Assembly: GCF_006345805.1 (NCBI RefSeq)
Contig: NC_042997.1
Span: 27,218,001-27,282,000, forward strand
From: Octopus sinensis
Taxonomy: Eukaryota
DNA: 64,000 nt
Reading direction: 5' to 3'
The position numbers were made by a program, and so were the translations under genes. The notes beneath the pieces are model-generated. The model had not been told where the DNA came from. It saw nothing but the letters and a program-made list of their open reading frames with translations, and did not search any database. Position 1 is the stretch's first letter. Every line of letters starts with the position of its first letter. Shown piece after piece: positions 12,929 through 26,805 of the stretch.

Positions 12929-15900
12929 CTAGCTGGTGTGCCCGGTAATTCCCAGTGATAAAGAAGTTCTATTGAAACGCCTAATTACTCTGATATAAGA
13001 AAGCAGCTTCGTTATAACTGCCACAAAGGGTATATTTTCCGTCACGAAAAAGTACAAAAACTGTCAGCTGGAGGAGGGAGAGATTGTAGGAGGTTGGCGA
13101 GAAAGATTCTTGGAGGTTGATGAGAGGGTTTATATAAATATGTGACTGAAGTGTTTGAAGATAATGCAATTATAATGTTCACACTCACTGATGGTCGCTC
13201 ACAGTAACTGCCTTTAGCGTACAGAGTTCTTGTCTTTATAACTATCGAAAAGCAACCAGGACCTATTGTTGAGAACAAATAATTTCTTTGGAGGTCTGTT
13301 ATCTCTATTCCAGTCAGTGGTGGCCAAGAGGAGGTTAGAAGGGTCAAGTGGCAAAGACATTATTCTGCTTAGCGAAGGCATCTGGGAAATGTATATCTAC
13401 TGTCATTCACAGAAAAAATCTATTGTTATACCGTAAGAAAACGCTGTTGAAGTGTTAAGTGAAATCAGGCAATCGAGGATCGAATCTACGCTATGCCTGT
13501 ATGAAGTCATTACAAATACGTAGGGGAATAAAAAAAAATTATCTACTGTCATGGAGAAAGTGAAACCAAAAATGCAGAATTCTCTAGATGCTTTCTCAGC
13601 ATCTTCATGGTATTTTTGAAAGTCTTTTTTTACTCATCCCTCGTGTATGTGTCTGTGTTCGACTCTTTACCACCGGCACCACCTTGCTAGTAGCTACCCT
13701 TGCTAGCTATGCAGATGTTACAAAAGCTTCTCAGAGGATAGGGAACCCTGGAGACGTCGTGCATTATCAGAAACTGGTATGCGTTTTGTTACTGATATGA
13801 TTTGGGCGTGCCAGCTCATTACTGTTTAGCCATGTTGCTCAGTTCTCTGAGTTAGACTCTGTTTATTCTGCTCTCTTCACTGAGCCGCATCCTCAGTTGA
13901 TGGCTGGTGTTGGTCGAACACATGCCACATGATCACGGCGGATGAGGAAGTATCTCGCGTAGATGGAGACTGACTGGGATTCCACGCGACAGGTCGGCCG
14001 CGAGGACCCGGGAATATACCAACAAACCGTGAATGCAGCAACGCGCTGCAACAGTTCATGTCCTCCATACACACCTCACATGATCTAACCTGACTGAAAT
14101 AGCCTTAAGAATTTTGTCACAATTATCGGGAAATCAAACGTCAAAAATACGTCGAGTTCAGCACTCCGTGGTTTATGCTACACTATTTGCCAATGGCATT
14201 CAATAAAAGGAATCTTGTATTACCGCTGCTCAGAACGGTCAGTCTCTTGCTACATAAGATGATATACATCTATCAGCAAGTACGCGATATGTTGTAATCG
14301 ATATTAATAGAAAATTGCATGCCCGTTCCAGATAGTTCGGTGACCTTAGATGATTTAGAATAACATGTTTAGCGATGAAATATTATGAAATGCTTAATGT
14401 ACGTTTGATCTCATGTTTCATTAATAATTGATAAATAAATAATAAATGCGCCCTTTTAAAGCCTAGCCAGTTCATGGGCCCGGTTTCCCGGTTTCAATGG
14501 CGTATGTTTTCCCCAGCTGGACGGGATGCCAGTCCATCGCAGCGTTACTCATTTTTGCCAGCTGAATGGCCTGGAGCAACGTGAGATGAAGTGTTTTGCT
14601 CAAGAACACAACTCGTCGCCCGGTCCAGGAATCGAAACCACAATCTTACGCGCCTCCACTTCATTAATATTTGCTATATCTTATTTATTCCTTTTCTTCG
14701 GTCCCACTCTGTGCTTATATTAACGTTTATTCGATCAATTGACTATTTTATCATCTCTAAATTAATCTAAACTTACGTAGTAGTCATTTAGACCTAGCAA
14801 GTTTATGTATTTGTCTGTAAATAGAAAAAAATGATTGACCGCCTTAATCGATCTTTGAATCCTACAAGGGTCTAATCAAATTTATCTTCATTACTTAACC
14901 CATTTCTTTACTACCCACAAGGGGATAAACACAGAGGGGACAAACAAGGACAGACAAACGGATTAAATCGATTTCATCGACCCCAGTGCGAAAGGATGGA
15001 AGGCAAAGTCGACCTCGGTAGAATTTGAAATCAGAACCAATCCCAGAGAAATAAATTGCCAATCCGTTTATATATGCATCAAATCTATTAGCTACAGAGA
15101 ATAAGGGTTGCTGATTTGCATACTATAAGCTATTAACATTTTAATTTATATCAAGGATCTGTCAACGTAGAACCCAGTACACGGTATTCAACTTACCGAA
15201 AAGGAAGTTTATGTCATCCTTCAGAAATACCAAGGAAGGAGATTTGATGGAATTGCTCGTTATATGAGATACAGGCACACCCTGCCGTCTTAATCAAAAG
15301 ATAATATAAGACGATATAGTCACACAATATATTAAAACCAACTTAGATGTTAACAGTTGAAATGCATTTGATCATATGCATATTTTATCAGAGTTTATTT
15401 GAGACTAAACAGATGCGGCCAAAACAACAGCATCAATAACAGTAATAAGAACAGCAACAACAACAACAGCTGACAAATAGATTGAGAATGAGAGCAAAAG
15501 GAAATACAATGAAATGCATTTGCAAACAGATCCACTATGAGCGACGAAAGAAACTCAAGGTTCTGCAACTGAAAGACGCAGTCACAACAAAAGCTAATAT
15601 TTTTATTGTGTCAAGTGCAGCAAGTGTGGGATATAAAAAAAAAAAAGTGACTTTATTGCCACGAAAACCGGTTTTACACCAGGATGTAGACTTCATAGCA
15701 AAGCAATGAGACTAGTATAAAGTAGCAGGTTTCATATTAAAATATAATGTGTCGGAAGAAGCGGGCTTTTGTATTATTATGTTATATTCATTTTAAAGGT
15801 GCTTCAGAAAAGAAAGGTTACAGATCTCTCGCACCACTTCCAATCACTTTCTGTCGCTATTTTATTTATTTTTATCCCAAAACCACATTGTCGCAATGAC

Positions 15901-16914
15901 GGCAGCAAGAGCACCCACGTCGTCATCGTTGTCATCATCATCATCAACAACACTACCAACAACAACAACAACAATATATATGTGTGCATATATGAATACA
16001 TACATGCATACATACATACACAAACGTACATACATACATGCGTACTACATACATGAATGCATGTATACATACAAGCAAGCATACATACATACATATATCG
16101 GGTTAAGTAATTCGCATTGCAACCATGATACCCCTAGTTCAATCCCACTACGTGGCAACATGATTGTACGGACTTCCACAGTTTCAATGAACTAAATTTA
16201 TTTTAGGGAGGTATTGACCGGTCTAAGTCTATAGTAGAAGACACATGCCGAAATTACACGGTTGCCAAAGGAGTTTATCACCAATACAGCCATGGCTGTG
16301 TCTATCAAATGATTAATGATAAAATTAAGCAATGAATATTATGAAATTAATAGTGAATTCAAATTCTTTACGAAGAAGGCAAAATATTTCATAGCCTATA
16401 GCTGTCTGTTTTTAGTATTTTGATATGTTAGAGTGACACCACAGCCGTTCTAAGTTATTAAGTAGACCACCAATATGAGTAAAACATACTTTGTAGAAAG
16501 TAAATCACAGCTGAAGTGCGAAGTATTTACTGATTCTGAATTAGCCTCACCTTAGGTATTACAGATTTAGATGTTTTAGCTGTTACTTACCCAAAAATCA
16601 CCCTCTTGCTGAGGAGAGCAATAATAAAGAATATACTAATGATGGAAATCTAGTATTTAATTTAGCCAAAGTGTAACTAAAACGATTCCGTTTCTACTCC
16701 CTTAGGATTGTAAAATATGGTTTGACAGAAGTATGACTGATGGAAGAACAAGTGCACTTGTTGGTTCTTTTTACAAGCACTGCTAAATGTGTGTGTTCTT
16801 TATGAGATATCAGTAAGTGAGGTAAATAGTATTTCTAGCGAAATTAACAGATTTACGTTTTTCCCCACACTTTATGTGTGTATGTGTGTCTATATACACA
16901 CAAACATACATACA

Positions 16915-16991
<77 letters not shown>

Positions 16992-18096
16992 CAAAGTGTA
17001 CGTATGTCGCTATATATATATATATGAAAGTGTAGAAAAACGCAACTAAATCTCTTAATTTCGCTAGAAATACTTTGTATATATACATTAGGGGAGTTTT
17101 TAAGATCCACTCGAGATCTGATCGAGCTAACGACATAGTTCCAACTTTTCTTTTTCAAATATACTTTTCAGTGTGTTTATTTTCATGAATCCATTGGGGA
17201 TCTGAGGATGATTCCACTGCTATTTCTTAAAAAAAATTATATATGGCAACCACATAGAAACTCTATTATAGGCTCATAGACGGGGAGTAGTTTGTAAATT
17301 TGATTACTTCAAATGTATCCCTAGTGTCTTGTAAATGTTTTTATTCTTGTTATTGTTTTTTTTGCTTAAGGACACTAAACTATTGTCTTTAAATAAAGAA
17401 TGTTTTTCATACTATATAATCATGAAAGAAGCTTTAATCTGGCAAGAGGTGAGTATTTATCAAGACGTCTTTTGTTACATGTATAGCCAGAGGGAATTAC
17501 AAACGTTTTTCTTTCGTTGATTTGATTAAATTCCGCTCCAAAGTTTAGTTTCCCGTAAGATATCATTACAGACAAAAGGAAAAAATCAATGAAACAAAGA
17601 TGATTCCGTTACGGGAGGCTTTTGTAAATTAAATTCTAACAATAGAATTCCAGCATGCTGCAAATACTAATGATTTATTTGGATAAAGAACGAGTTTAAG
17701 TGAGAAAATATATTTATTAGTAAACCGTGAGACGTGCGCAGATCAGTAATAGTGGTTTCAAACTTTAGTACGAGGCCAGTATTTTCGATAACGTCAGCCC
17801 TCCAAAAGGATAAAAGGCAAAGTCGACCTCGGCGGTCGACTCAGAGTCTAGAATCGTACGAAATACCGTTAAGCATTTAGCCCAGTGTGCTAATGATTCT
17901 GTTAGCTCGCCGCCTTAAACGCAGACAACGATTTTGGAATCGGTAAAGCACAAAACAAAATAACAGATTTTAGTTTTGAATTCGAATACCACCGAGGCAC
18001 AGTTTGCCGTTCATCAAGCTGGATTCGATAAAATAAGTATCACTGAAAAGTTACGGTCCTTTTAATCTCTTACACGTTGTCCTAAAAATAGTTTAC

Positions 18097-18256
18097 GCAG
18101 GAGTGGCTGTGGTAAGTAGCTTGCTTACGAACCACATGGTTCTGGGTTCAGTCCCACTGCGTGGCACCTTGGGCAAGTGTCTTCCACTATAGCCTCGGGC
18201 CGACCAGGGCCTTGTGAGTGGATTTGGTAGACGGAAACTGAAAGAAGCCCGTCGTA

Positions 18257-18312
<56 letters not shown>

Positions 18313-18560
18313 ATATATATATATGCGTGTGTGTGTTTGTGTATCTGTGTTTGCCCCCCCCCCCCAGCATTGCTTGACAATCGATGCTGGTTTGTTTATG
18401 TCCCCGTTACATAGCAGTTCGGCAAAAGAGACCGATAGAATAAGTACTGGGCTTACAAAAGAATAAGTCCCGGGGTCGAGTTGCTCGATTAAAGGCGGTG
18501 CTCCAGCATGGCCGCAGTCAAATGGCTGAAACAAGTAAAAGAGAGTAAAGAGTAAAGAGT
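18097..18560 (+). mobile_element. SINE family A copy
   Basis: Collinear with 5288-5709. Confidence 0.9.
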
Positions 18561-18862
18561 TGTGCCACCATATATCAGATTCACTGTACTTGAAATTTCA
18601 AGTATTCATAAGTCGCCACTCTCATTTTCAAATAGTGATCAGTATTCAGAAAAATTGGGAAACACCTCACACGTTAAATGATGACTTGCAACTAAAGTTC
18701 TGTCCTGAATAACCACGAGTGTGCTCATGATATATTTATCAGTAGGTAGAGCATTCCTTGGGATTTTTCAGTGTTAAACTTTAATTAGATTTTGCTTCCA
18801 GTGTCTTTTATCATCTATGCATGTATATATTTATAGAGAGATATATGTATATGTCTGTATGT

Positions 18863-19250
18863 GGAGGCGCAATGGCCCAGTGGTTAGAGCAGCCGATTCG
18901 CGGTCATAGGATCGCGGTTTCGATTCCCAGACCGGGCGTTGTGAGTGTTTATTGAGCGAAAACACCTAAAAGCTCCACGAGGCTCCGGCAGGGGATGGTG
19001 GTGATCCCTGCTGTACTCTTTCAACACAAATTTCTCTCACTCTTACTTCCTGTTTCTGTTGTACCTGTATTTCAAGGGGCCGGCCTTGTCACTCTCCGTG
19101 ACACGCTGAATATCCCCGAGAACTACGTTAAGCGTGCACGTGTCTGTGGAGTGCTCAGCCACTTACACGTTAATTTCACGAGCAGGCTGTTCCGTTGATT
19201 CAGATCAACCGGAACCCTCATCGTCGTAACCGACGAAGTGCTTCCAATCC
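18863..19250 (+). mobile_element. tRNA-derived SINE family C
   Basis: GGAGGCGCAATGGCCCAGTGGTTAG..GGTTTCGATTCCC head; copies 30935-31316-, 63426-63811+, partial 34988-35132+. Confidence 0.9.
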
Positions 19251-19488
19251 AATATGTCTGTGTATATCTGCGCGCGTCTAAATATATATATTTGTATATA
19301 ACCAGCGGGTAGACATCATTCGAAATCTACTAAAATACGAGAAAGTACATTGTAACCAGCTCTGTATATCAACATCCGAGCGCCTGGCCAATATAGTGCT
19401 GCCTGCGCGTGTGTGTACAAGTATATGTATTGCATTTATATATTTGTATATCTATGTATGTATGAATATATATATATATATATATATA

Positions 19489-19650
<162 letters not shown>

Positions 19651-19839
19651 GGCGCATGATTCAGTGATTAGAGTATCGGGCTTACAATCCTGAGGTAGAG
19701 AGTTCGAGTCATAGAACAGGCGGAGTGTTTATTACACGACAATTTATTACACGTTCCTTTAATTCACTCAGCTGTAGAAATGAGTAACCTCAAATGGGAA
19801 TATTTTAGGTACAATTTCATGGTCATTCGTGACGGCCCT

Positions 19840-19883
<44 letters not shown>

Positions 19884-19891
19884 ATTTATTA

Positions 19892-19928
<37 letters not shown>

Positions 19929-19967
19929 ATTTATTACACTATATATATATATAATATATATATATAT

Positions 19968-20006
<39 letters not shown>

Positions 20007-20144
20007 ATTTATTACACTATATATATATATATATCTATATATATATATATAGTGTAATAAATAAAATATATGCATACATACATACAAACATATATGTACG
20101 TACCTACATCTAGATGTATATATACATGCATATATAAATATATA

Positions 20145-20530
20145 TACGTGAGTACAGGACACCACAACTAGACGTAGAACTCAACGAGAAACGAAAACGG
20201 AAAAACCATTTTTTTACAACAGAAAAACAGAGTACAGGACATACTACACAAGGAAAAATCCCCTTCATCAGCTGTCACTAGTTCGACTCTAGCGTGTTTC
20301 GAAGGCAAGACAGAACACGACTCGCCAAACTTGTCCTTCTTGCGAGAGAATTAAAATAAAATTACCTCGCAGAGAGGTAAAAACAAGCAAGAAAAAATGT
20401 AACACAAACAGGACGTAAAAACAATACAAATAAAACTACAAAATAAAATACAAGATAAAAATACATGTACAAGAAAATACAATACGAGAAATAAAAATAA
20501 ACAAGAAAACAAACGCTGACGACCCTGGTA
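20145..20530 (-). mobile_element. PLE-like terminal fragment (related to 60290-60600)
   Basis: Minus-strand end gtcctgtactcacg|tatat versus gtcctgtaccca|tatat at 60290. Both contain ctgatgaaggg. Confidence 0.45.
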
Positions 20531-20557
20531 TGTAGATGTTTTTATGAACTATGTGTG

Positions 20558-20639
20558 ACATCCTGAAGAGGGCATTGCTAAGACTGCTGATATGAAATAT
20601 GTCAGTCCTTGGCACATCTCCGAAACGGCCCGTGGATGT
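20558..20639 (+). ncRNA. Hammerhead-like motif with long stem II, probably inactive (G17)
   Basis: ACATC-CTGAAGA-GGG...(imperfect hairpin)...TCC-GAA-ACG(gcc)CGT-G-GATGT. Confidence 0.45.
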
Positions 20640-21275
20640 GATGGTTATATATTTTCTCTCGTTGATTTTAATATGTCGTTTTAATATTTGATGCTTTCAA
20701 GTTATATTTTTTATTTCATCATACAATATATGATTTTAGATGTTCTTAAATTCTATCGTTTTTATTTAAATTCAATCGTATTTTATGAATTTCATTGATA
20801 TTGTCTATCTATATATATTTATGTATTCTGGAATTTTATTTCCATTTTATAGAGAATATATGTATTTATATAAATTTTGAATGCGTATTTCAATTTTGTT
20901 TTTTTAGTCTTCGCCTGTATTACCTCCATAATAATATTATTTCGAATATAGCTCACAAAAAGCACTACATTTTCCTTCTGTATTAATGTAAGTGCTCGTT
21001 GTGAGCTATATTCGAAATAATATATATATATATATATATTACGCATGTGTGTGTGTATGTGCGTGTATGTATGTATGTATGTATGTATGTATGTATGTAT
21101 ATTAGGGTTTTAGCAGAAGAAAGAGACATATTCTTTGTAAACCTAGTACTTATTCTATCGGTCTCAGGTCTCTTTTGACAAACTACTAAGCTACAGGGAC
21201 GTAAATACACCAACATCGGTTGTCAATGTATGGTGGGGTGATAAACAAAGACACGTACATCAGTAAGTATATGTA

Positions 21276-21308
<33 letters not shown>

Positions 21309-21309
21309 C

Positions 21310-21520
21310 ATTTGGATTCAGTTGAATTAGGTTCTTATGTTGAAGCACCAAAAATTAGTGCGGTATTACCCGTACAACTCAAAATAAGGTGAATAAAATC
21401 AAAAGAAGCAACAAGATAGCTAGAGGTGATGTAGTGCGACCGTTTCAAGCGGCTCCATTTTATTGAACAATACAATCATTACTTCAATTTAAATGTAGGC
21501 TATCATCAGCTGCATAAATA
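21310..21520 (-). mobile_element. PLE-like terminus with long-stem-II hammerhead (related copies 23836-23952 + and 44157-44261 -)
   Basis: Mutual sequence similarity of the three loci; CUGAUGA...GAAAC core; terminus runs into (TA)n. Confidence 0.6.
21429..21515 (-). ncRNA. Type I hammerhead with extended stem II (sister of 23836-23923)
   Basis: ATGCAG-CTGATGA-tagcctacattt...gccgctt-GAAAC(ggtc)GC-A-CTACAT; U16.1 is mutated in this copy. Confidence 0.55.
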
Positions 21521-21718
21521 ATTAAATAGAATTTTAAAATCAGTTTGACACGTTAATATAATTTTACTTAAATACTCTAATAGAGCAAGAAGACAGACTC
21601 TGTCGATGCTGCCACTACTGTAGCTTAGAATATACCAGATTTCAGGAAAGTTCTGAAAGTTTACTGGGGTCATAGCTTATAACGGATTTTGGTTCAGTTT
21701 TAATTTATTAGTTTTGTT

Positions 21719-22340
21719 TATAATAATAATAATAATAATGAAATTATTGTATACAGTTCTAAGGTGCACCACAACATGTCAGAGTATAGTACAAATGTCT
21801 GGAAAGCAAACAATGCATCAGTCAGATACATGCTTGTGTATGTATGGAGGGGAGAAAATCAGGTGTAGTGTTGGCGAATCTCAGAAAGCATGGAAGTTTT
21901 GAAGGATGCAGTGCTCCGACAACTAACAACTGATGCCGGCAGTTTGTTCCATGCTTCAGCAACTCTCAGCGAGAAAAAATGTTTCCTGAAGTCATGGGAG
22001 CTGTGCTGTTTTCTGACTTTGTAAATATGTCCACGGGTGTTAGATGGGTGGAGTTTGAAAAGGTGCTCAGAGTTATTGTTTGTACGATGTTTGATAATTT
22101 TATGTGTGTCTGCCAAGTCAGCTGCCAGACGTCGGAGTTTCAATGTGTCCATGCCCAGGGAAGTAAGGCGTTCAGGATATGGCAAATGCCTGATGGAGAG
22201 TATTCTTTTGGTTGCACGTCGCTGAACAGCTTCCAGACGATTGATATCGTGGGCAAGATAGGGGTTCCAGACCGGTGATGCAAATTCCAGGTGAGGTCTT
22301 ACCATAGCTCCAAATCTAAGACTAGAGAACTGTGTCTGTT
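21719..22340 (-). mobile_element. CR1-type LINE, 5'-truncated 3' end
   Basis: VRPHLEFASPVWNP..LEAVQRRATK..LRRLAADL..TRGH..FFSLRVAEAWNKLP, plus 3' UTR ending in (ATT)n. Confidence 0.9.
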
Positions 22341-22646
22341 TGGAAAGAGCAGGAGTGAATTGACAGTACATAGTTGGGTATGGTGATAGATAGTGTCAAC
22401 ATTTTTTTGAAGTAGTTCAAAGTAACTGACTATACAGGACGTTGGGTAGTGGAGGACCCCCAAATCAATATGTTAATTACCAGTTAAAGCGGCAAGACGC
22501 TAATAAAACCAATGATGTTAATACAGAGGGCATTTTATCATGGGGTTCTATAGGTGATTGATTATTAACAATATTGATATGTTGTATAAAGATGAAATTT
22601 AGGATTATCAACGAAGAATTATAACCAAATAGGTAAAATTTGCATA

Positions 22647-22882
22647 GGCTCAGGAGTGGCTGTGTGGTAAGTAGCTTGCTTACCAACCACATGGTTCCGG
22701 GTTCAGTCCCGTTGCGTGGCAGCTTGGGCAAGTGTCTTCTACTATAGCCGCGGGCCAACAAAAGCCTTCTCAGTGCATTTTGTAGTTAGAAACTGAAATA
22801 AACCCGTCGTATATATGTATATATATATATATATTTATATCCTTAAAATCCTTAAAAATGTTTTAGCCCGAAGACCGCGGCC

Positions 22883-22950
<68 letters not shown>

Positions 22951-23180
22951 GTGTGTGTGTGTGTCTGTGTTTGTGTGTCTGTGTTTGTCCCCCCAACATC
23001 GCTTGACAACCGATGCTGGTGTGTTTACGTCCCCGTAACTTAGCGGTTCAGCAAAAGAAACCGATAGAATAAGTACTAGGCTTACAAAAAATAAGTCCTG
23101 GGGTCGATTTGCTCGACTAAAGGCGGTGCTCCAGCATGGCCAAAGTCAAATGACTGAAACAAGTAAAAGAGTTAAAAGAA
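22647..23180 (+). mobile_element. SINE family A copy
   Basis: Collinear with 5288-5709. Confidence 0.9.
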
Positions 23181-23835
23181 TCATACCAAACTTTCAACAA
23201 TAGAAAGAGAAAATTACATAGAATTAGTTTAATATTCATTCATGTACTTAATTATTTACGTATTAGGTGGTTTCTATTAAGACTGCTCCGGGTAGTTACT
23301 AATGGAATACTGAGGATATAAAACATGCTATCTATATATTAATTATAAGCTAAGAATCAGAAAAAAAACTGGAAAAATAAAAGCTGTGTAAAGAAACACG
23401 CCCATATATTTATCTATGTGTACACATGCAAATACACGCAAATATTTGTACATTATTATGGATATAATATAATCAACGCTCTTAGACTTAATTAACTAGA
23501 AAGTACATATATATATTTCTACTTAAGAACAGTAACAACTTATGAAGGGATAATAGGTAAAGATATCAAAATAAGAAAACAAAATAAGAAAATTTTAGAG
23601 AATAGTAAGAGAATATATATAAAAACTTACATTTTAAAGAGACAAGGTATTAAAATTTGAAGCAAGTGAGAGATAAAGATAACCTCAAAGAAGAAGCAAT
23701 TGGTATGGGAGTAGTGAGGGCATTTTGAGGTATTTAGACCGAAGTGGCATATTATAAGTTTTAAAGTTACCGGTGATATTACATACATGATATTATAATT
23801 TCCTAGGGGTACATAGTTAGGAGGTATATTTATTT

Positions 23836-23923
23836 ATGCCGCTGAGGATAGCCCTACATTTAAATTGATGTTATGATTGCATTGTTCAATTAAATGTAGC
23901 CGCTTGAAACGGTCGTACTGCAT
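23836..23923 (+). ncRNA. Type I hammerhead with extended stem II
   Basis: ATGCCG-CTGAGGA-tagccCTACATTTAA...TTAAATGTAGccgctt-GAA-AC(ggtc)GT-A-CTGCAT. Confidence 0.6.
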
Positions 23924-23950
23924 CACCTCTGGATATCCTGTTGCTTATTT

Positions 23951-24012
<62 letters not shown>

Positions 24013-25299
24013 AGGGACAAAAATCCCGAAACTAGTCCGAGCGTATCACTCAGACTTGCGAGGAAGGGATGGCCTCCCTTTGCAAATACTTCAAGGGCAC
24101 TGAAATGGTGTCTAAAGCCAGCTGGAGACGACGATATCCTGGGGCTATAAAGCTACAGTAACACCCCCTCCCCTATGTGGTTAGCCATATTAAGATGGCT
24201 TCTATACTTTACATTATATATATATATATTTATGAGACGACCTTCTTTCAGTTTCCTTCTACCTGATACACTCAAGGTTTTAGTCAGCCCGCAGTTTTAG
24301 AAGGCACTTGTCCAATGATGGCTCAATGGAATTTAGTCTGAACCACGTGTTTGAGAAGGAATTTTCTTACCACACAACCACTCCTGCGCCAACATATATA
24401 TATGTGTTGTATATGTTCGTGATTTTGTTTCTGTCGCTATTTGTCCCTCATCACCGCTTGACAAACAGTGCTGGTGTATTTACGTCTTCGTGACCTAGTG
24501 GTTCAGCGAAAGAAACTGATAGAATAAGTACCAAGCATAAAAAAATAAAAAGTAACAATTCGTCCAACTAAAATACTTGAAGGTGATGCCTCAGTATAGC
24601 TACAGGCTAATTACACACACATACATACAACGGGTAAACAAACTCTGGAAACGTTGTGTTTGGTATTTTACAGACATCTAAGTAAATTTCGAACGCTTTA
24701 AAGCTGTAAGTACAGCAAAGGAAGGCTGGGTATTTACCCTTATAAGACGGGAAAAAATTGCCAGTCGGTGTCTACGGGAATGCAATCTTTATCCCTCACA
24801 TACCGGTTGAGCGCTCTACGAAGCTAAACGGTCCCTCTCAACAATTATTTTTAATTTTGATGATAAATAATACCTTTTCGAATGGGCAACATTTTATGAA
24901 CAAACTTTGGAGACGTCCAAAGTGTCAAAGTGTGTACATAAAATGTCGCTTTCAAAACGCTAATACTTAGCATTCAAATTGACGGTATTTGTTGTCAGGG
25001 GCCATTTAGTTTACTCGGCCATTGATCTTACAGAGGTAATTTAGCACTCATCCGGTGTGTAAAGGTTACATATATTATTCCCGTAGCCGCCTGCTGGCAA
25101 CCTTTTCCCGTCTAATGAGGTGGTAACAAAGCTTTCCCGGACGAGTTCTGTAGCGCACCAACAGATGGCAGCACATGGATGCATGCTCAGTGAGAGCTAA
25201 GAGTGACTTTCATGGAGCAGTGTGACGAGTGACATCGATGTGCTCATTTCGCAAACTGCGAAATTTATGCTTTTGTGATCACCTGTATGCCGTAGTCTG

Positions 25300-26340
25300 C
25301 GATTTATGACATGAACAGGAAGTTGGAACAAAGAGCCAACGTGAAATTTTGCGTTACGCTCGGGACTTCTGCTGCAGAGACATTGAGCATGCATCGGCAA
25401 ACTTACAGTTGTTAAGGCGATGGGTCGCACGTAATGTTTCGAAGGGCACGGGAGCTTTAAAAGCGGAAGAACATCCTTTGAAGACGATGAACAATCTGGA
25501 AGACCTACTACAAGCGTTACCCTCGGAAATGTGAAGAAAATCGATCAGCTTGTGTATGAGCATCATCGCAGGACAATCAACAATATTTGCTGATGTTGTT
25601 GGTCTGTTGTATAGATCTGTGCAAGCAATCCTAACGTCTGAATTGAACATGCAGCGTGTCTCTGCCAAGTTTGTTCCTCGACTGCTGAACACTGAGCAGA
25701 AAGAACATCGCGTCGAAGGCTGTCAAGATCTCCGTTACCATGCTGCTGATGACCCCTCCTTCATGTCAAGGATTATATAATCGGTGACGAGAGTTGGTTC
25801 TACGGGTTCGATCCCGAGACGCAGCAGCAGTCATCACAATAGAAGAGCCATTCATTTCCACAACCGCAGAAGGCACGACAGATCCTCCTCTCAATCAATA
25901 CTCTGCTCATCGTATTTTTCGATATCCACGGTATTGTGCATCGAGAATTTATCCTCGAAGTTCTACTGTGACGTTTCGAGGGAGAACATTCGGCGAAAGC
26001 GACCGGATGTGTGGAGTGCGAAGAATTGGATTCTTCACGACGACAATGCACCCTGTCACCGAGCTCTCCTCAAAAACAACATGGTATCATCTCCGCACCC
26101 GCCCTTTTGATCGGATGTAGCACCTGCTGACGTCCATCTCTTCACCAAGATGAAAAGTTAGCTCAAAGGTCACCGTTTTAACACTGTTGTAGAGTTCCAA
26201 AGTGAATCGCAGAAGGTACTCGAATTCGCTTACGGAAAACAACTACCAAGACGGATTCCAAAAGAGGCAAGAACACTAGGACTGCTGTATTGTTGCACAA
26301 AGTGATTATTTCGAAGCAGGTGATATTAAAACTGGGGTAA
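25300..26340 (+). mobile_element. Heavily decayed mariner transposase
   Basis: LEQRANVKFC, RVSAKFVPRLL, GDESWFYGFDPET, WILHDDNAPCHRA, HPP..DVAPAD.HLF, KGHRF; many frameshifts. The element may extend upstream toward ~24630. Confidence 0.88.
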
Positions 26341-26460
26341 ATGAGTTCTATTATACATAACTAGTAGGGAGACTTACTTTCTTTTCCGTAATGTGTGTGT
26401 GTGAGAGAGAGAGAGAGAACTGGCCAGCAATTACATATGACTTATTGCTTGTTGATTAGT

Positions 26461-26796
26461 GAAGGCACATGGTTCAGTGGTTAGCGCGTCGAGCTTACGA
26501 TCGTGATGTTGTGAGTTCGCTTCCCGGACCGGGTTCCGTGTTGTGTTCTTGTGCAAGACACTTTATTTCAAGTTGCTCCAGATCACTCAGCAGTAGAAAT
26601 GAGTTGCAACATCACAGGTGCTAAGCTGTATCGGCTTTTGCTTTTCGCTTGGATGACATCGGTGGCGTGGAGCGAGGTGGCTGGTATGTATGGGCAACTG
26701 CTGGTCTTCCATAAACAACCTTGCCCGGACTTGTGCCTCGGTGGGTAACTTTCTAGGTGCAATCCCATGGTCTTTCATGACCGAAGGGGATCTCAA
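26461..26796 (+). mobile_element. tRNA-derived SINE family D
   Basis: GAAGGCACATGGTTCAGTGGTTAG head; 3' body also at 9193-9405; deleted copy at 19648-19840. Confidence 0.85.
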
Positions 26797-26805
26797 TTGC
26801 GTAGA

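Noticed and set aside
13860-14090. CpG-rich patch
   Set aside because: No convincing ORF on either strand and no second copy; cannot be assigned.
18863-18940. tRNA-like sequences at SINE heads
   Set aside because: A/B boxes are present but continue into multi-copy SINE bodies, with no complete cloverleaf. Not tRNA genes.
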